A DNA stretch of 63,972 nucleotides, the filler included. It is 5 parts of 5 records of this genome, joined end to end, with 100 filler letters (N's around TTAATTAATTAA, not from the genome) between each part and the next. Parts side by side here need not be neighbours in the genome. Positions count along the whole stretch, not along the records: positions 32,472 to 49,534 come from SRR31147125_2713; 4 more parts are not named here. One strand, given 5' to 3'. Positions within the stretch are counted from its first letter, which is position 1. Each line of letters starts with the position of its first letter. The notes below the pieces were generated by a model. That model was not told the origin of the DNA. It searched no databases and worked only from the letters and a program-made list of their open reading frames with translations. A program made the translations under genes and the position numbers. Positions 33,722 to 43,856 of this stretch are shown piece after piece.

Positions 33722-34639
33722 GTGAAATTAACAAAAATATGGCTTACTGTCCTGTTTAATATGGTTATGTGCCTGCTATTGACAGGGTGTGATACCCAGG
33801 CCAAACCTGTTTTTGATGGCAACAAAGCTTTTAGCTATTTGCAAAAACAGTGTGATTTTGGCCCACGTGTTCCGGGAAGTACAGGTCATGCAAAATGTCG
33901 TGATTATCTGGTTGAAACGCTTAGCATGTTTGCAGACAATGTATCAACACAACCATTCATGTTTACGTTTTCTCCGCCTGTAACACGAGTCAATGCGACT
34001 AATATAATTGCAAATTTTCAACCGAACCTTGGTAAAAGAATTTTACTTTGTGCTCATTGGGATACGCGACCCTGGGCAGATATGGATGCCAATTCTCAAA
34101 ATCATACGAAACCCATTTTAGGTGCAAATGATGGCGGTTCCGGTGTCGCCGTATTATTAGAGGTGGCGCGGCTATTACACGAGCAAAAACCTCAGGTTGG
34201 CGTGGATATTATCCTGTTTGATGGTGAAGACGCAGGGCATAGCGGCCAGGAACGGAGTTACGCAAAAGGTTCTGCTGCCTTTGCAAAAACTGTGGATCCG
34301 GCCTACAGGCCTGTTTTTGGTATTTTGCTGGATATGATTGGGGACGCAGATCTAAATATCTATATGGAAGGATATTCACAGATGTACGCGCCTCATATCG
34401 TTGAAAAGGTATGGTTAAAGGCCGCTGAACTGGGTATTCATGAAATGATTCCGCAAGTGAAATACAGTATGTTTGATGATCATGTTCCTTTATTGGAAGC
34501 AGGTATCCCCTGTATCGATATAATCGATTTCGATTATCCATACTGGCATACAATTGAAGATACGCCAGACAAATGCAGCGCCGAAAGTCTGGGAAAAATA
34601 GGCAAACTTTTAGTGGCGATAATATATGATGAAAAATGA
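33722..34639 (+). CDS. M28 family lipoprotein, glutaminyl cyclase-like
   Basis: Lipobox LTGC; FGPRVPGS, CAHWDTRPWAD, GANDGGSG, FDGED, LDMIG, DDH, WHT. Confidence 0.85.
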   Translation: MKLTKIWLTVLFNMVMCLLLTGCDTQAKPVFDGNKAFSYLQKQCDFGPRVPGSTGHAKCRDYLVETLSMFADNVSTQPFMFTFSPPVTRVNATNIIANFQPNLGKRILLCAHWDTRPWADMDANSQNHTKPILGANDGGSGVAVLLEVARLLHEQKPQVGVDIILFDGEDAGHSGQERSYAKGSAAFAKTVDPAYRPVFGILLDMIGDADLNIYMEGYSQMYAPHIVEKVWLKAAELGIHEMIPQVKYSMFDDHVPLLEAGIPCIDIIDFDYPYWHTIEDTPDKCSAESLGKIGKLLVAIIYDEK

Positions 34640-35501
34640 TAGAAAAGAATGGTTAGGTGTAAGAGTTTTTGTTACACCGGAAACATCCGAGCTTGTGAGT
34701 GCTTTTTTATTTGATGCTGGTGCTCAGGGTGTTGAGGACAAGAACGAGGTTTTGGAAGCTTTTTTTCTGCCTGATACCGTAGAAAAGACGATCGAGCGGC
34801 CATTAAAAATGTACCTGAATTCTCTTGAAGAAATGGGATTGGAAACCTTTCCTGAAAAAGTGATATTTTATCGCATTGCAGAGAGGGATTGGAATAGCGA
34901 GTGGAAGAAAATATATCATCCCCTTCGAATCAGCGACAAGATTATGATTAAACCAAGCTGGGAGAAAGTTCCAAAGGATGCTCCCGAGTGTGTTGTTGAG
35001 ATTGACCCGGAAATGGCCTTTGGTACCGGTACTCATGAAACAACAAAACTGACATTGCAGCTTTTAGAAAAGAATCTAAAGGGTGGAGAAAAGGTCCTTG
35101 ATGTCGGAACAGGTACAGGCATTTTATCCATTGCTGCTGCAAAACTGGGAGCTGAACAGATTATTGCCTTTGATATAGACCCGCTTGCTACTGAAACAGC
35201 TCAAAGAAACATCGAGATTAACAAGGTGGATAATATCGATATATTTACCGGAACCCTGGATGCTGTTACCGGAACACACTTTGATATTATTGTGGCAAAT
35301 GTTAACCGAACACAGATTATAAAACTTTTACCCGATATGGTGAAAATGCTTGGAAAATCCTCAAAATTGATTTTATCCGGAATTATGGATAAAGAGGAGG
35401 ATATGTTAAAAGAAGCAATTCGAATAAATAAACTCACAGAGAATGTTATGCTGGCTGAGGGTGAGTGGATTGCCTTTGAGGTTACTCGCCCTGTAATTTG
35501 A
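34626..35501 (+). CDS. prmA: Ribosomal protein L11 methyltransferase
   Basis: DWNSEWK, IDPEMAFGTGTHETT, LDVGTGTGILSI, ILSGI. Confidence 0.96.
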   Translation: MMKNDRKEWLGVRVFVTPETSELVSAFLFDAGAQGVEDKNEVLEAFFLPDTVEKTIERPLKMYLNSLEEMGLETFPEKVIFYRIAERDWNSEWKKIYHPLRISDKIMIKPSWEKVPKDAPECVVEIDPEMAFGTGTHETTKLTLQLLEKNLKGGEKVLDVGTGTGILSIAAAKLGAEQIIAFDIDPLATETAQRNIEINKVDNIDIFTGTLDAVTGTHFDIIVANVNRTQIIKLLPDMVKMLGKSSKLILSGIMDKEEDMLKEAIRINKLTENVMLAEGEWIAFEVTRPVI

Positions 35502-35598
35502 TAAAAATAGATAATTAAAGAAAAATTATTAGTGTAAATCAATAATTTTAATGCTTCATCCCCATTGACCCTGCCGAAAGATCTGTTTTTGAATTTCT

Positions 35599-35682
35599 AA
35601 CCACGGAACACACAGAATACACAGAACACACAGAAATATTTTTTTAAATAATTTTTTAGTGCATTCGGTGTGTTCTGTGGTT
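35599..35682. repeat. Palindromic element built from 9-bp tandem units
   Basis: AACCACGGAACACACAGAATACAC... versus ...GTGCATTCGGTGTGTTCTGTGGTT (24-bp arms, 3 mismatches). Confidence 0.8.
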
Positions 35683-35857
35683 TTATAAAGTTAGTGTATA
35701 TGCCCTAATAGGAAATAACGTGACTTTAGTCAATGTTAAAAAGATGATACAAATAATTCTTTTTTATGCATCATTGTAAAGGCCGGTTTCACCAATCCAA
35801 TCCTTGCAAATTATTATGTTCTCTGGTATGAATTTGAACAAAGAAAGGATAATAAAA

Positions 35858-38800
35858 ATGAATGTAAAATTGAAAAAAGAGTCTTTATTTATCCTCCTGT
35901 TTTTTTTATTGTGCTTTTCCTCCTTTTCAATCAGTAGTGAAGCGGAAATAAACGTAAATATACCCGATATAATCACTAGTAAAATTAAAAACACAACAAA
36001 TCCAGCCGAACTTTCCAAAGTGGCGCAACCGCTTGATAATCTATCCACCTATAACCAGCACACTCTTGAGAAACTAATAAAACAGTTTTTAATGAACGAA
36101 AAGATCGAGGCAGAAATTCTGAAAAAAAGCAAGCCTGAAAAACTGGTACCTCTGTTTTTGTCTCAACTGAACAAATTAGCTATGAAACAGGAGGGACGTT
36201 CAAGCCTGAACAAGATATTCAATCAAAAAAGATTGGCGAAAAGTGCTGGCGAGAGTGGTGGTATCAGTGGAACGCTGAGTGTTGAGGCCGGAGCTGCTCT
36301 TGATAAAGAAGTTAGGGTTTTAGCCTTTGATGAATATGGCTATTTTGCCGGAGATGCGTTAGCGAGCACAGGAGATGGCTTTTACCTTATTAGCGGGTTA
36401 AAGGGAGGATCCTACTATGTTGTGACCTGGAGTCGTTCTTATGTGGATGAGATCTATGATAATGTTCAGGCTCCCCTGTCATCATTGGAATCCTGGCGGG
36501 ATGCCACCAAAGTTATCGTACCTGAAAATACCATTGTGGATAATATCGATTTTGAACTACGGACCGGCGCTCTGGTAAAGGGAACTATTTTTCAGCAAGA
36601 TGGAACTCCCCTGTCAAATCAATGGATCGATTTTACTGTATCAAGTGCCTCGGAACGTGACGTCCTTTTTGAGCAGGTGGATAGCACGTCTGTAGATGGT
36701 CAATATGAATTAATGGTACCAACGATTGGTGATATTAAAATATCGGTCAGTGTGGGTGAATTTCAGCAAACCTGGTATCCGGATCAGGTCAGTTGGTTCA
36801 AGGCAGGGGCCATTACTGTTACGGATTATACCGATACCATTATGGACATTAATTTCACTTTACAGACGGATGATGTTATCGTGGAATCTGGAAGCATTAG
36901 TGGTTCCATATCCATACCCGGTCTTTTTCCGCCGCTACTGGGAATAGCAGCCGCTTTTAATGTGGAAGATACATCATTAGCTCAAATTGGTCTCGGTTTA
37001 TTGGGAAGTTATACGATTGAAGACCTGCCAGCAGGTAACTATTTTATATTTGCAAATGATATAGCAGGCAATTTATTGGGTCTCTCTAACTATCATGGTG
37101 AGTTTTATCCAGGTTTTCAGTCCATCTCTGGTGCTGAACCTCTCCAGGTTGTTCCCGGCACTATTATAGAAGATATAGACTTTACTCTGGATCCGGGTGG
37201 GGCTATTTCCGGAAAAATTGTCAATGAGAATGGTGTACCACTTGATTCACTGTTGGTTATTGCCATTAATCCGGATTTGCTTGAAGATTCAAGTGAACCT
37301 ATGGTAACTCGCATCAATCTTGGCGGTGCTTTTACAGATACGGAGGGAATGTATACCATGGATGGTATGCCGCAAGGCACCTATCTTGTTCGCACACTAT
37401 CTGATCTGCCGGACGAAGTGGTGGCCGCCCTTGAAGATATTTTAACCTCTATTGGCGTAACGTTAGACAAACATGCTGGTAAGGTTGTGGATGAATATTA
37501 TGGTGGCGTTTATAATTTATTCAAAGTTGAAGATGCGACCCGAATCGAGGTCGTTGTGCCTGATGAAACAGCCGGGATAAATTTTAACTTGTCTCAACCC
37601 GGATTTTTCTCCGGCACAATCAGAGATGCTGTTTCCGGGGAATCTGTCTCAGATGTTATTTTAGCTGCGCTTGGAGCAGAATCCGGATATCCCTATTTAC
37701 CTCTTGGATCAGTTGAAGACGATGGCACGTTCCGAATAGGTCCCTTACCGTTGATGGACTACAAGTTGGTGGTTTTGCCGGATTTGGAAGAGGGAATGTA
37801 TTTAACCGAATTTTTTGACGGTGAGACAGATTTTAGCAATGCCCGGGTTTTGAATTTAGATTCAAGTGACAGTTCCGGTATAGAAATTACCCTGGATCAT
37901 GGTGGTATTATTCAAGGATTTGTTCTTTCGCCGGATAATACACCCGTCGGCACTGATATAATTGACGGATTTCCGGTCATTGCTTATGATGCTGAAACCG
38001 GCATGTTGGGTAGTTATGATTATGTTCAGTTTAGCGGTGGTTACCGGATAAACAATCTTTATCCTGGTAATTATAAGGTTTTGGCATTACCAGGTTCGGA
38101 CATCTATGCTGCGACGTATTATGGCGGTGCAGCAGATTTTGCAGGCAGCAGTGAGATCTCTCTTGATTTTGGCCAGACTGTTGAGGCACCCATCACTCTG
38201 GATAACACAACAGGAAGTATTTCAGGTCATGTTTATCATGCTATCACCAATAATCCTTTACCCGGAGTGGCCGTCATTGCCTACGACAAATCCGGGCATC
38301 CGGTTGGACTGGGGATGACAGATGTAAGATTGTTCAATGGCGGTATAGATGAGCCACAGGGATTTTATACTATTGGCGGATTACGACCTGGTGACTATTA
38401 TATCAGAACGATAGCACTGAGTATGCTCGTTTCTCTTTTGGATGATGCGGCTGGCTTGCTTGAATTGACAGAAGATCTTGATTTATTGGAATTAATTGGT
38501 GGCGGGCTTGGACAATTCGCGTTTAGTTTAGCCCTATTTCAGGATCTTTGGTATATGGATTCACCGGCCGCACTTGATTTTGATCTCAATGACTTTTTAC
38601 TCAGATTTAGCAGTTATGGCTTACCGGATGAGAGAGATAATTCCTTATTACCCATCCATGTACCTCTGCCTTTTTATCAAATGGTGCCTCAGGATGCTAT
38701 GATGGTGAGTGTCTCTGAGGGAGCAGTGACAACCGATAAAGATTTTTATTTAGCACCCGGAGATGTGGATGATATTTTTGTGGATGTAGAATCTCCCGCC

Positions 38801-39100
38801 AATAAAGAAGCCGTGCTACCAACAGAATTTACGGTCCGTCAGAACTATCCGAATCCGTTTAATCCAAGTACGGAAATTTCATTCAGCATTCCTCGGGTAG
38901 CGCGTGTTGATGTCAGTATATTTGACGTACTTGGTCGCCACATCAAAACAGTGCGTTCAGGAATGCTATCTGCCGGTTTTCAGAGGGTTGTATGGCAGGG
39001 TGATAATGAAAAAGGCCAATTAGTACCCGGTGGACTCTATTTCGCTAAAATTCAAATGGAAGCGCAATCCAAAATGATCAAGATGTTACTCATAAAATAA
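35858..39100 (+). CDS. Large secreted protein with repeated beta-sandwich (carboxypeptidase-regulatory-like) domains and T9SS-A/FlgD-Ig C-terminal domain
   Basis: Signal peptide; repeats of ISG..GxYxIxxLxxGxY..E(F/Y)Y..IDFxL; C-terminal QNYPNPFNPST...WQG...GLYF...KMLLIK. Confidence 0.85.
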   Translation: MNVKLKKESLFILLFFLLCFSSFSISSEAEINVNIPDIITSKIKNTTNPAELSKVAQPLDNLSTYNQHTLEKLIKQFLMNEKIEAEILKKSKPEKLVPLFLSQLNKLAMKQEGRSSLNKIFNQKRLAKSAGESGGISGTLSVEAGAALDKEVRVLAFDEYGYFAGDALASTGDGFYLISGLKGGSYYVVTWSRSYVDEIYDNVQAPLSSLESWRDATKVIVPENTIVDNIDFELRTGALVKGTIFQQDGTPLSNQWIDFTVSSASERDVLFEQVDSTSVDGQYELMVPTIGDIKISVSVGEFQQTWYPDQVSWFKAGAITVTDYTDTIMDINFTLQTDDVIVESGSISGSISIPGLFPPLLGIAAAFNVEDTSLAQIGLGLLGSYTIEDLPAGNYFIFANDIAGNLLGLSNYHGEFYPGFQSISGAEPLQVVPGTIIEDIDFTLDPGGAISGKIVNENGVPLDSLLVIAINPDLLEDSSEPMVTRINLGGAFTDTEGMYTMDGMPQGTYLVRTLSDLPDEVVAALEDILTSIGVTLDKHAGKVVDEYYGGVYNLFKVEDATRIEVVVPDETAGINFNLSQPGFFSGTIRDAVSGESVSDVILAALGAESGYPYLPLGSVEDDGTFRIGPLPLMDYKLVVLPDLEEGMYLTEFFDGETDFSNARVLNLDSSDSSGIEITLDHGGIIQGFVLSPDNTPVGTDIIDGFPVIAYDAETGMLGSYDYVQFSGGYRINNLYPGNYKVLALPGSDIYAATYYGGAADFAGSSEISLDFGQTVEAPITLDNTTGSISGHVYHAITNNPLPGVAVIAYDKSGHPVGLGMTDVRLFNGGIDEPQGFYTIGGLRPGDYYIRTIALSMLVSLLDDAAGLLELTEDLDLLELIGGGLGQFAFSLALFQDLWYMDSPAALDFDLNDFLLRFSSYGLPDERDNSLLPIHVPLPFYQMVPQDAMMVSVSEGAVTTDKDFYLAPGDVDDIFVDVESPANKEAVLPTEFTVRQNYPNPFNPSTEISFSIPRVARVDVSIFDVLGRHIKTVRSGMLSAGFQRVVWQGDNEKGQLVPGGLYFAKIQMEAQSKMIKMLLIK

Positions 39101-39131
39101 TAATGCCCAATTACTAATTTGGAAATGTATG

Positions 39132-39167
39132 AATAAGGCCGGTATATTTATCTACCGGCCTTTATTT
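39132..39167 (+). terminator. Intrinsic terminator
   Basis: AAGGCCGGTA/TACCGGCCTT followed by TATTT. Confidence 0.75.
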
Positions 39168-39294
39168 CAACGATTGATTAAAGATGAGATAAAATAAGTG
39201 GCATGTTATCTACCAGGGAGCCTTATTTATATTTACGCTTGAACAGTTAACACAATGGTATCATAAATATGAGAGAAAAACAACCTACTGCCCC

Positions 39295-39439
39295 TGGATT
39301 CTCGATACGAGCATTCAGGAATGACACATTTTTAGTTTGAACGTGCTGGTTTACCTCGTACCACAACTCGCTTTTCAACAAAAGTGATTCACCGCCAACG
39401 AGACACATGTCATTTTCGCATGATTTTAGCGGGAATCCA
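39295..39439. repeat. Inverted pair of degenerate GTCATTCCCG...CGGGAATCCA REP-like repeats
   Basis: 39295-39326 reverse complement TGTCATTCCTGAATGCTCGTATCGAGAATCCA; 39408-39439 TGTCATTTTCGCATGATTTTAGCGGGAATCCA. Confidence 0.7.
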
Positions 39440-40132
39440 TTGCAGTGTCTCATAAAAATTCTTACAACTTTACTCGGTCCTGATACCGGAAATTATAGTC
39501 CAACAGTTGTAACAGAACTATTCTTGAATGAAAAATGGGATTGATGGCTTTGTCGTAAAGTCTTAAAAATATTTTTAGTGATATCCATTTATCTGCTCAT
39601 TACACAATTGAGTATAGCAACATATTGATTCTTGAGATGATGTTTACCCATAACCAATCAACTTGTGATAAAATAGAGTAATATGCTCATTTACTGTTCT
39701 AATGTTTAGGCCATTTATTTTTAATGCCAGTTCTAAACAACGAATCTTGATATAATCTCAAATCTATACGAATTATATAAATGTTATATATAATTTTATG
39801 CAAAACGGTTCCTCAACCGGTATGATATATAAAGTGGTTAGGTATTTAGCATTGAAACAAGTTGTAAATGATAAACAGCTTTACTCGTAACGTGGCTTGC
39901 TCATCACTGAACTAACTTTTAATTTCAAGCCAGGGGACAATTTTATCAGAACTACTAGCGGATGATAATATTTAAAAAACGTGATGACTAGAAACAATAT
40001 GATATTTGTAAAAAAGATTGATTACGTAGATCTATCCGGGCAATAATGTCAAGAATTATCTTGACTATTATATAAAAAATATTAGATTTAAGTCAATATG
40101 CATTTATTAACCCTTCGTTTGGAGGTTGGGAA

Positions 40133-41290
40133 ATGAAAATTTACAAGCCACTATCCCTGTTGATTATCGTCTTGTTTGTTTTCAGTAGTGGTCGTGCTGC
40201 TGTCATTAATGGTGGGAAAGGCCTGCCTCATACAAAGGCAGCCTGGACTCAGGAATCCGGCCGACTGACTGTCATGGCAAATACAAGTTTTTGGGGTAAA
40301 GTTGCTCAACGAACATCAGCAACAACGAATATTGAATCAGCTGTCACAATTTGGGATGTACAGGGTCTGATTAGTGTCAACTATGGCCTTGGAAAGCATT
40401 TCAGTCTCGATGTCACACCTATATTTTACCAGGATGTTAATCAGGGCTCTTCTGATGAATATCCATGGGATACTCATATTGGACTGAAAATAGGCTCTTA
40501 TGGTTCAAAGGCGAGTTCATTAATGTATGGCCTGGAGCTCATTTCACGCTTCCCGACCGGTGAACGGCATAATGTCATTTATAATGACTATACAGCCGGG
40601 ACAGTCGAGTGGGGATTTACCGGCTTATTGAGCTATGCATTAGATCCATTGTATCCTGAAGATTCCTTTAATCTGCACGTCAATTTAGGTTATAGAAACC
40701 ATAATGACGTTGGTGAAGAATTGATTAATCCGGTATCAGGCGGGCCATATGCCAACGAAGTTGAAGTTCTGCAGCCAAGTCAGCAGGCAAATTATGCGAT
40801 TGGATTTACCATCCCGACTGAAAGCTTTGATTATGGTTTTGAAATGTTTGGAAATTTGTGGATCCAAAAGCCCCCACGGACTGCCGCAAGTCGTGAAAAT
40901 TATTTATTCATGAACGCAAGTGTGAAATACAAAGCTCAACGCTGGTTTGATTTCATCGTATCCGGAGAATATCGTCTGACATCTGATAATGATGAAACCC
41001 TTGGGCCACGGCGTGCAATAACAGGACTGCCAAATTATGGCACCTGGCGCATTAATGCCGGAGCCAGATTTACTCTTTTACCAACATCGGTTTTCCGCAC
41101 ATCAGAGCGTGATATACTGATGCAAAAGGCTCAAAGCAGACGCGAATTGTTTGAACAAATTATAAAGGAACGTCGTGAAACCGAATCGGCTGAAGAGGAG
41201 TTGGAGCGAATAAAGGACGAACGACGCAAAGCTGAAAAGGAACTTGAAAGATTACGACAAATTCTGGAAGGCAAGGGAGAAGGTCAGTAG
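40133..41290 (+). CDS. Hypothetical outer-membrane beta-barrel protein with C-terminal coiled coil
   Basis: Signal peptide, alternating aromatic beta strands, E/R-rich helical tail; RBS GGAGG. Confidence 0.7.
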   Translation: MKIYKPLSLLIIVLFVFSSGRAAVINGGKGLPHTKAAWTQESGRLTVMANTSFWGKVAQRTSATTNIESAVTIWDVQGLISVNYGLGKHFSLDVTPIFYQDVNQGSSDEYPWDTHIGLKIGSYGSKASSLMYGLELISRFPTGERHNVIYNDYTAGTVEWGFTGLLSYALDPLYPEDSFNLHVNLGYRNHNDVGEELINPVSGGPYANEVEVLQPSQQANYAIGFTIPTESFDYGFEMFGNLWIQKPPRTAASRENYLFMNASVKYKAQRWFDFIVSGEYRLTSDNDETLGPRRAITGLPNYGTWRINAGARFTLLPTSVFRTSERDILMQKAQSRRELFEQIIKERRETESAEEELERIKDERRKAEKELERLRQILEGKGEGQ

Positions 41291-41324
41291 AATTACCCGA
41301 TATATTATAATGACGAATAAATTT

Positions 41325-41359
41325 AAAAAACCTCGCTTTACAAATAGCGGGGTTTTTTT
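41325..41359 (+). terminator. Intrinsic terminator
   Basis: AAAAAACCTCGCT/AGCGGGGTTTTTTT. Confidence 0.8.
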
Positions 41360-41499
41360 ATGGGTATAAACTACTCTGCGCACGTGCAATTATTTTGCAA
41401 AACAAAATTTCTTGCTCTTTAATAAATTTATATATATTTTAGTATCAAATTATTGTACAGCATCTTTTAACTTAAATAAAAACAACAAAAAGGGAGATT

Positions 41500-42363
41500 A
41501 TGGTTGACGGCATTTTAACAGCTATAGTGACTCCATTCAAAAATGGTGAGATCGATTGGCCTGCCTTATCCGGGCTTGTAGACAGGCAGATAAATGCAGG
41601 TGTTTCCGGATTAATCGTCAGTGGTACGACAGGAGAATCTCCTACATTATCAAAAGATGAAAAAAAACAGCTTGTAAATTTTGTCGTAAAGCAGGCAGCT
41701 GGAAAAATAGCGATTATCGCTGGTACCGGTAATAATAACACAGCAGAAACGATTCAATTGAGTCAATGGGCTGCTGAAGTGGGTGTGGATGGTTTATTGT
41801 TGGTGGTTCCGTATTATAATAAACCAACCCAGGAAGGACTTTATCAACACTTTGCAGCCGTGGCTGATGCTGTGAAACCTATGCCGATTTTTCTCTACAA
41901 TGTTCCAGGGCGCACGGTTGCTGATTTGTTGCCGGAAACAGTAGCCCGTTTGGCGCAAAGGGAAAATATCACTCACGTAAAGGAAGCAACAGGCCTTATG
42001 AATCGGGTTGAAGAGATCGTAAAACTCGCACCTCATCTGACCGTTCTTTCCGGGGATGATAAAACATTTTTTTCGGGCCTGGAATACGGATTTAAAGGTA
42101 TTATTTCTGTTGCCTCCAATATTTTTCCGGAAAAGATGCTGGAAATTTATTCAGCTTACACATCAGGCGATGTGGCAAAAGCGACCGCTTTGAATGAAAA
42201 AATGAAACCATTTTACGAATTTATATTCTGTGAGCCAAATCCCGTACCTGTCAAAGCCATTGCAGCTCATTTGGGTTGGATTCAAAATGAATTACGTCTT
42301 CCTCTGGTACCTTTATCTGCTGAAAATAGTAAAAAAATAGTCCCTCTGCTCAATAGCCTTTAA
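41500..42363 (+). CDS. dapA: 4-hydroxy-tetrahydrodipicolinate synthase
   Basis: GTTGESPTL, PYYNKPTQEG, YNVPGRT, KEA, SGDD, EPNPVPVK. Confidence 0.95.
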   Translation: MVDGILTAIVTPFKNGEIDWPALSGLVDRQINAGVSGLIVSGTTGESPTLSKDEKKQLVNFVVKQAAGKIAIIAGTGNNNTAETIQLSQWAAEVGVDGLLLVVPYYNKPTQEGLYQHFAAVADAVKPMPIFLYNVPGRTVADLLPETVARLAQRENITHVKEATGLMNRVEEIVKLAPHLTVLSGDDKTFFSGLEYGFKGIISVASNIFPEKMLEIYSAYTSGDVAKATALNEKMKPFYEFIFCEPNPVPVKAIAAHLGWIQNELRLPLVPLSAENSKKIVPLLNSL

Positions 42364-42371
42364 AAATACTT

Positions 42372-43856
42372 TTGAATTCTGGAATTATGCCCATACTTGC
42401 AAATCTATTGAATGGCGTTGGGGCTGTCTCGTTTAACGGTTCTCTGGAAAATTCTGTGAAGAACATTCAGGTTGATTCCTCACGGATAGAGGCAGGTGAC
42501 TTGTTTATAGCCATTCGTGGTGTAAATAACGATGGTCACTCATTTATTTCTCATGCAATAAAGAGGGGCGCCCGAGCTGTTTGTCTGGAGAATAAAAGTT
42601 TTCTGTTAGAAAATAGTGATGTTATTCAAATCGTTGTAAAAGATACCCGCTCAGCCCTGGCGATAATTGCCTCCAATTTCTATTCCAATCCTGCTTCAAA
42701 ACTGGATCTCATTGGAATAACAGGTACAAATGGGAAAACCACGACTTCACTGCTTATAAAATCCATTCTTGAAGAAAATGGTCAAAAATCCGGACTTTTA
42801 GGAACTCTTGCTTACAAGATTGGGCAGGAAACGCTTGGAAAAGGATTAACCACTCCCGCTCCACTGAAACTTTATGCGTTATTTAACAAAATGGTTTATA
42901 AAGGTGTCAATCGTTGTGTCATGGAGGTCTCCAGTCACAGTCTAAAGCAGGATCGGGTTAAAGGTCTCACTTTTAACTGTGCGGTTTTTACCAATATTAC
43001 ACAAGATCATTTAGATTATCATAAGAATTTTCACGATTATTTTGAGTCAAAGGCAAAACTGTTTTCTCAGCTCTCAGTAAAGAATAGTTGTGCTGTTCTG
43101 AATAAAGATGATTCCTATTTTTCCCGTTTGGTGGATAACAATAACGCTGTAAAGATACTCAGTTACTCTCTCAAGGATCCAAACGCTGATATCTATGCTC
43201 ATGATATCTCATATGATTCATCCTTTACATGTTTCAACGTCTTGACACCCGTTGGAAGGTTTAATATAAAAACAAAACTCTCAGGTAATTATAATATTGA
43301 GAATATACTGGCAGCGGTTGGAGTTGGGATCTATAACGGTATAGGTACGAACATCATATCAAAAGGCATTGAACAGGTTACAAGCATTGATGGTCGCCTG
43401 GAATCTTTAAATTTTGGGCAAAAATTTAAGGTGATGATTGATTTTGCTCATACGCCTGATGCCCTGCAAAATGTATTAAAGATTCTTAATCAAAATAAAA
43501 TCGGTCGAATCATTACAGTGTTCGGTTGTGGTGGCAACCGTGACAGATCAAAACGTCCGCTAATGGGTAAGGTGGCAACCGATCTATCCTTTTATACCAT
43601 TGTGACCTCTGATAATCCCCGTGATGAAGAACCAGAGGTTATTATAGATGAGATCGTGGTTGGCATTGATAAAAAGAACAACTGGAAAAAAATAATAGAA
43701 CGAAGCAAGGCCATTGAATATGCCCTATCCATGGCACGCCCGGATGATACGGTGCTGATTGCCGGTAAGGGGCATGAACAGTATCAGGAGATCAAAGGGA
43801 TGCGTTATCCTTTTGATGATAGGGAGCACGTTCGTAACTATTTTGGACATAGATGA
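42372..43856 (+). CDS. murE: UDP-MurNAc-dipeptide:meso-DAP ligase
   Basis: GTNGKTT, MEVSSH, DHLDYH, DFAHTPD, DNPR (DAP-type), AGKGHE. Confidence 0.96.
   Translation: MNSGIMPILANLLNGVGAVSFNGSLENSVKNIQVDSSRIEAGDLFIAIRGVNNDGHSFISHAIKRGARAVCLENKSFLLENSDVIQIVVKDTRSALAIIASNFYSNPASKLDLIGITGTNGKTTTSLLIKSILEENGQKSGLLGTLAYKIGQETLGKGLTTPAPLKLYALFNKMVYKGVNRCVMEVSSHSLKQDRVKGLTFNCAVFTNITQDHLDYHKNFHDYFESKAKLFSQLSVKNSCAVLNKDDSYFSRLVDNNNAVKILSYSLKDPNADIYAHDISYDSSFTCFNVLTPVGRFNIKTKLSGNYNIENILAAVGVGIYNGIGTNIISKGIEQVTSIDGRLESLNFGQKFKVMIDFAHTPDALQNVLKILNQNKIGRIITVFGCGGNRDRSKRPLMGKVATDLSFYTIVTSDNPRDEEPEVIIDEIVVGIDKKNNWKKIIERSKAIEYALSMARPDDTVLIAGKGHEQYQEIKGMRYPFDDREHVRNYFGHR

Noticed and set aside
35599-35682. CRISPR array
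   Set aside because: The units are 9-bp tandem repeats without spacers, and there are no cas genes.
39269-39453. 6S RNA or retron ncRNA
   Set aside because: The main stems are explained by two inverted REP-like copies, and no reverse transcriptase is encoded in the window.
39247-39453. 68-aa minus-strand ORF as a gene
   Set aside because: It overlaps the repeat element and has no recognisable motif.
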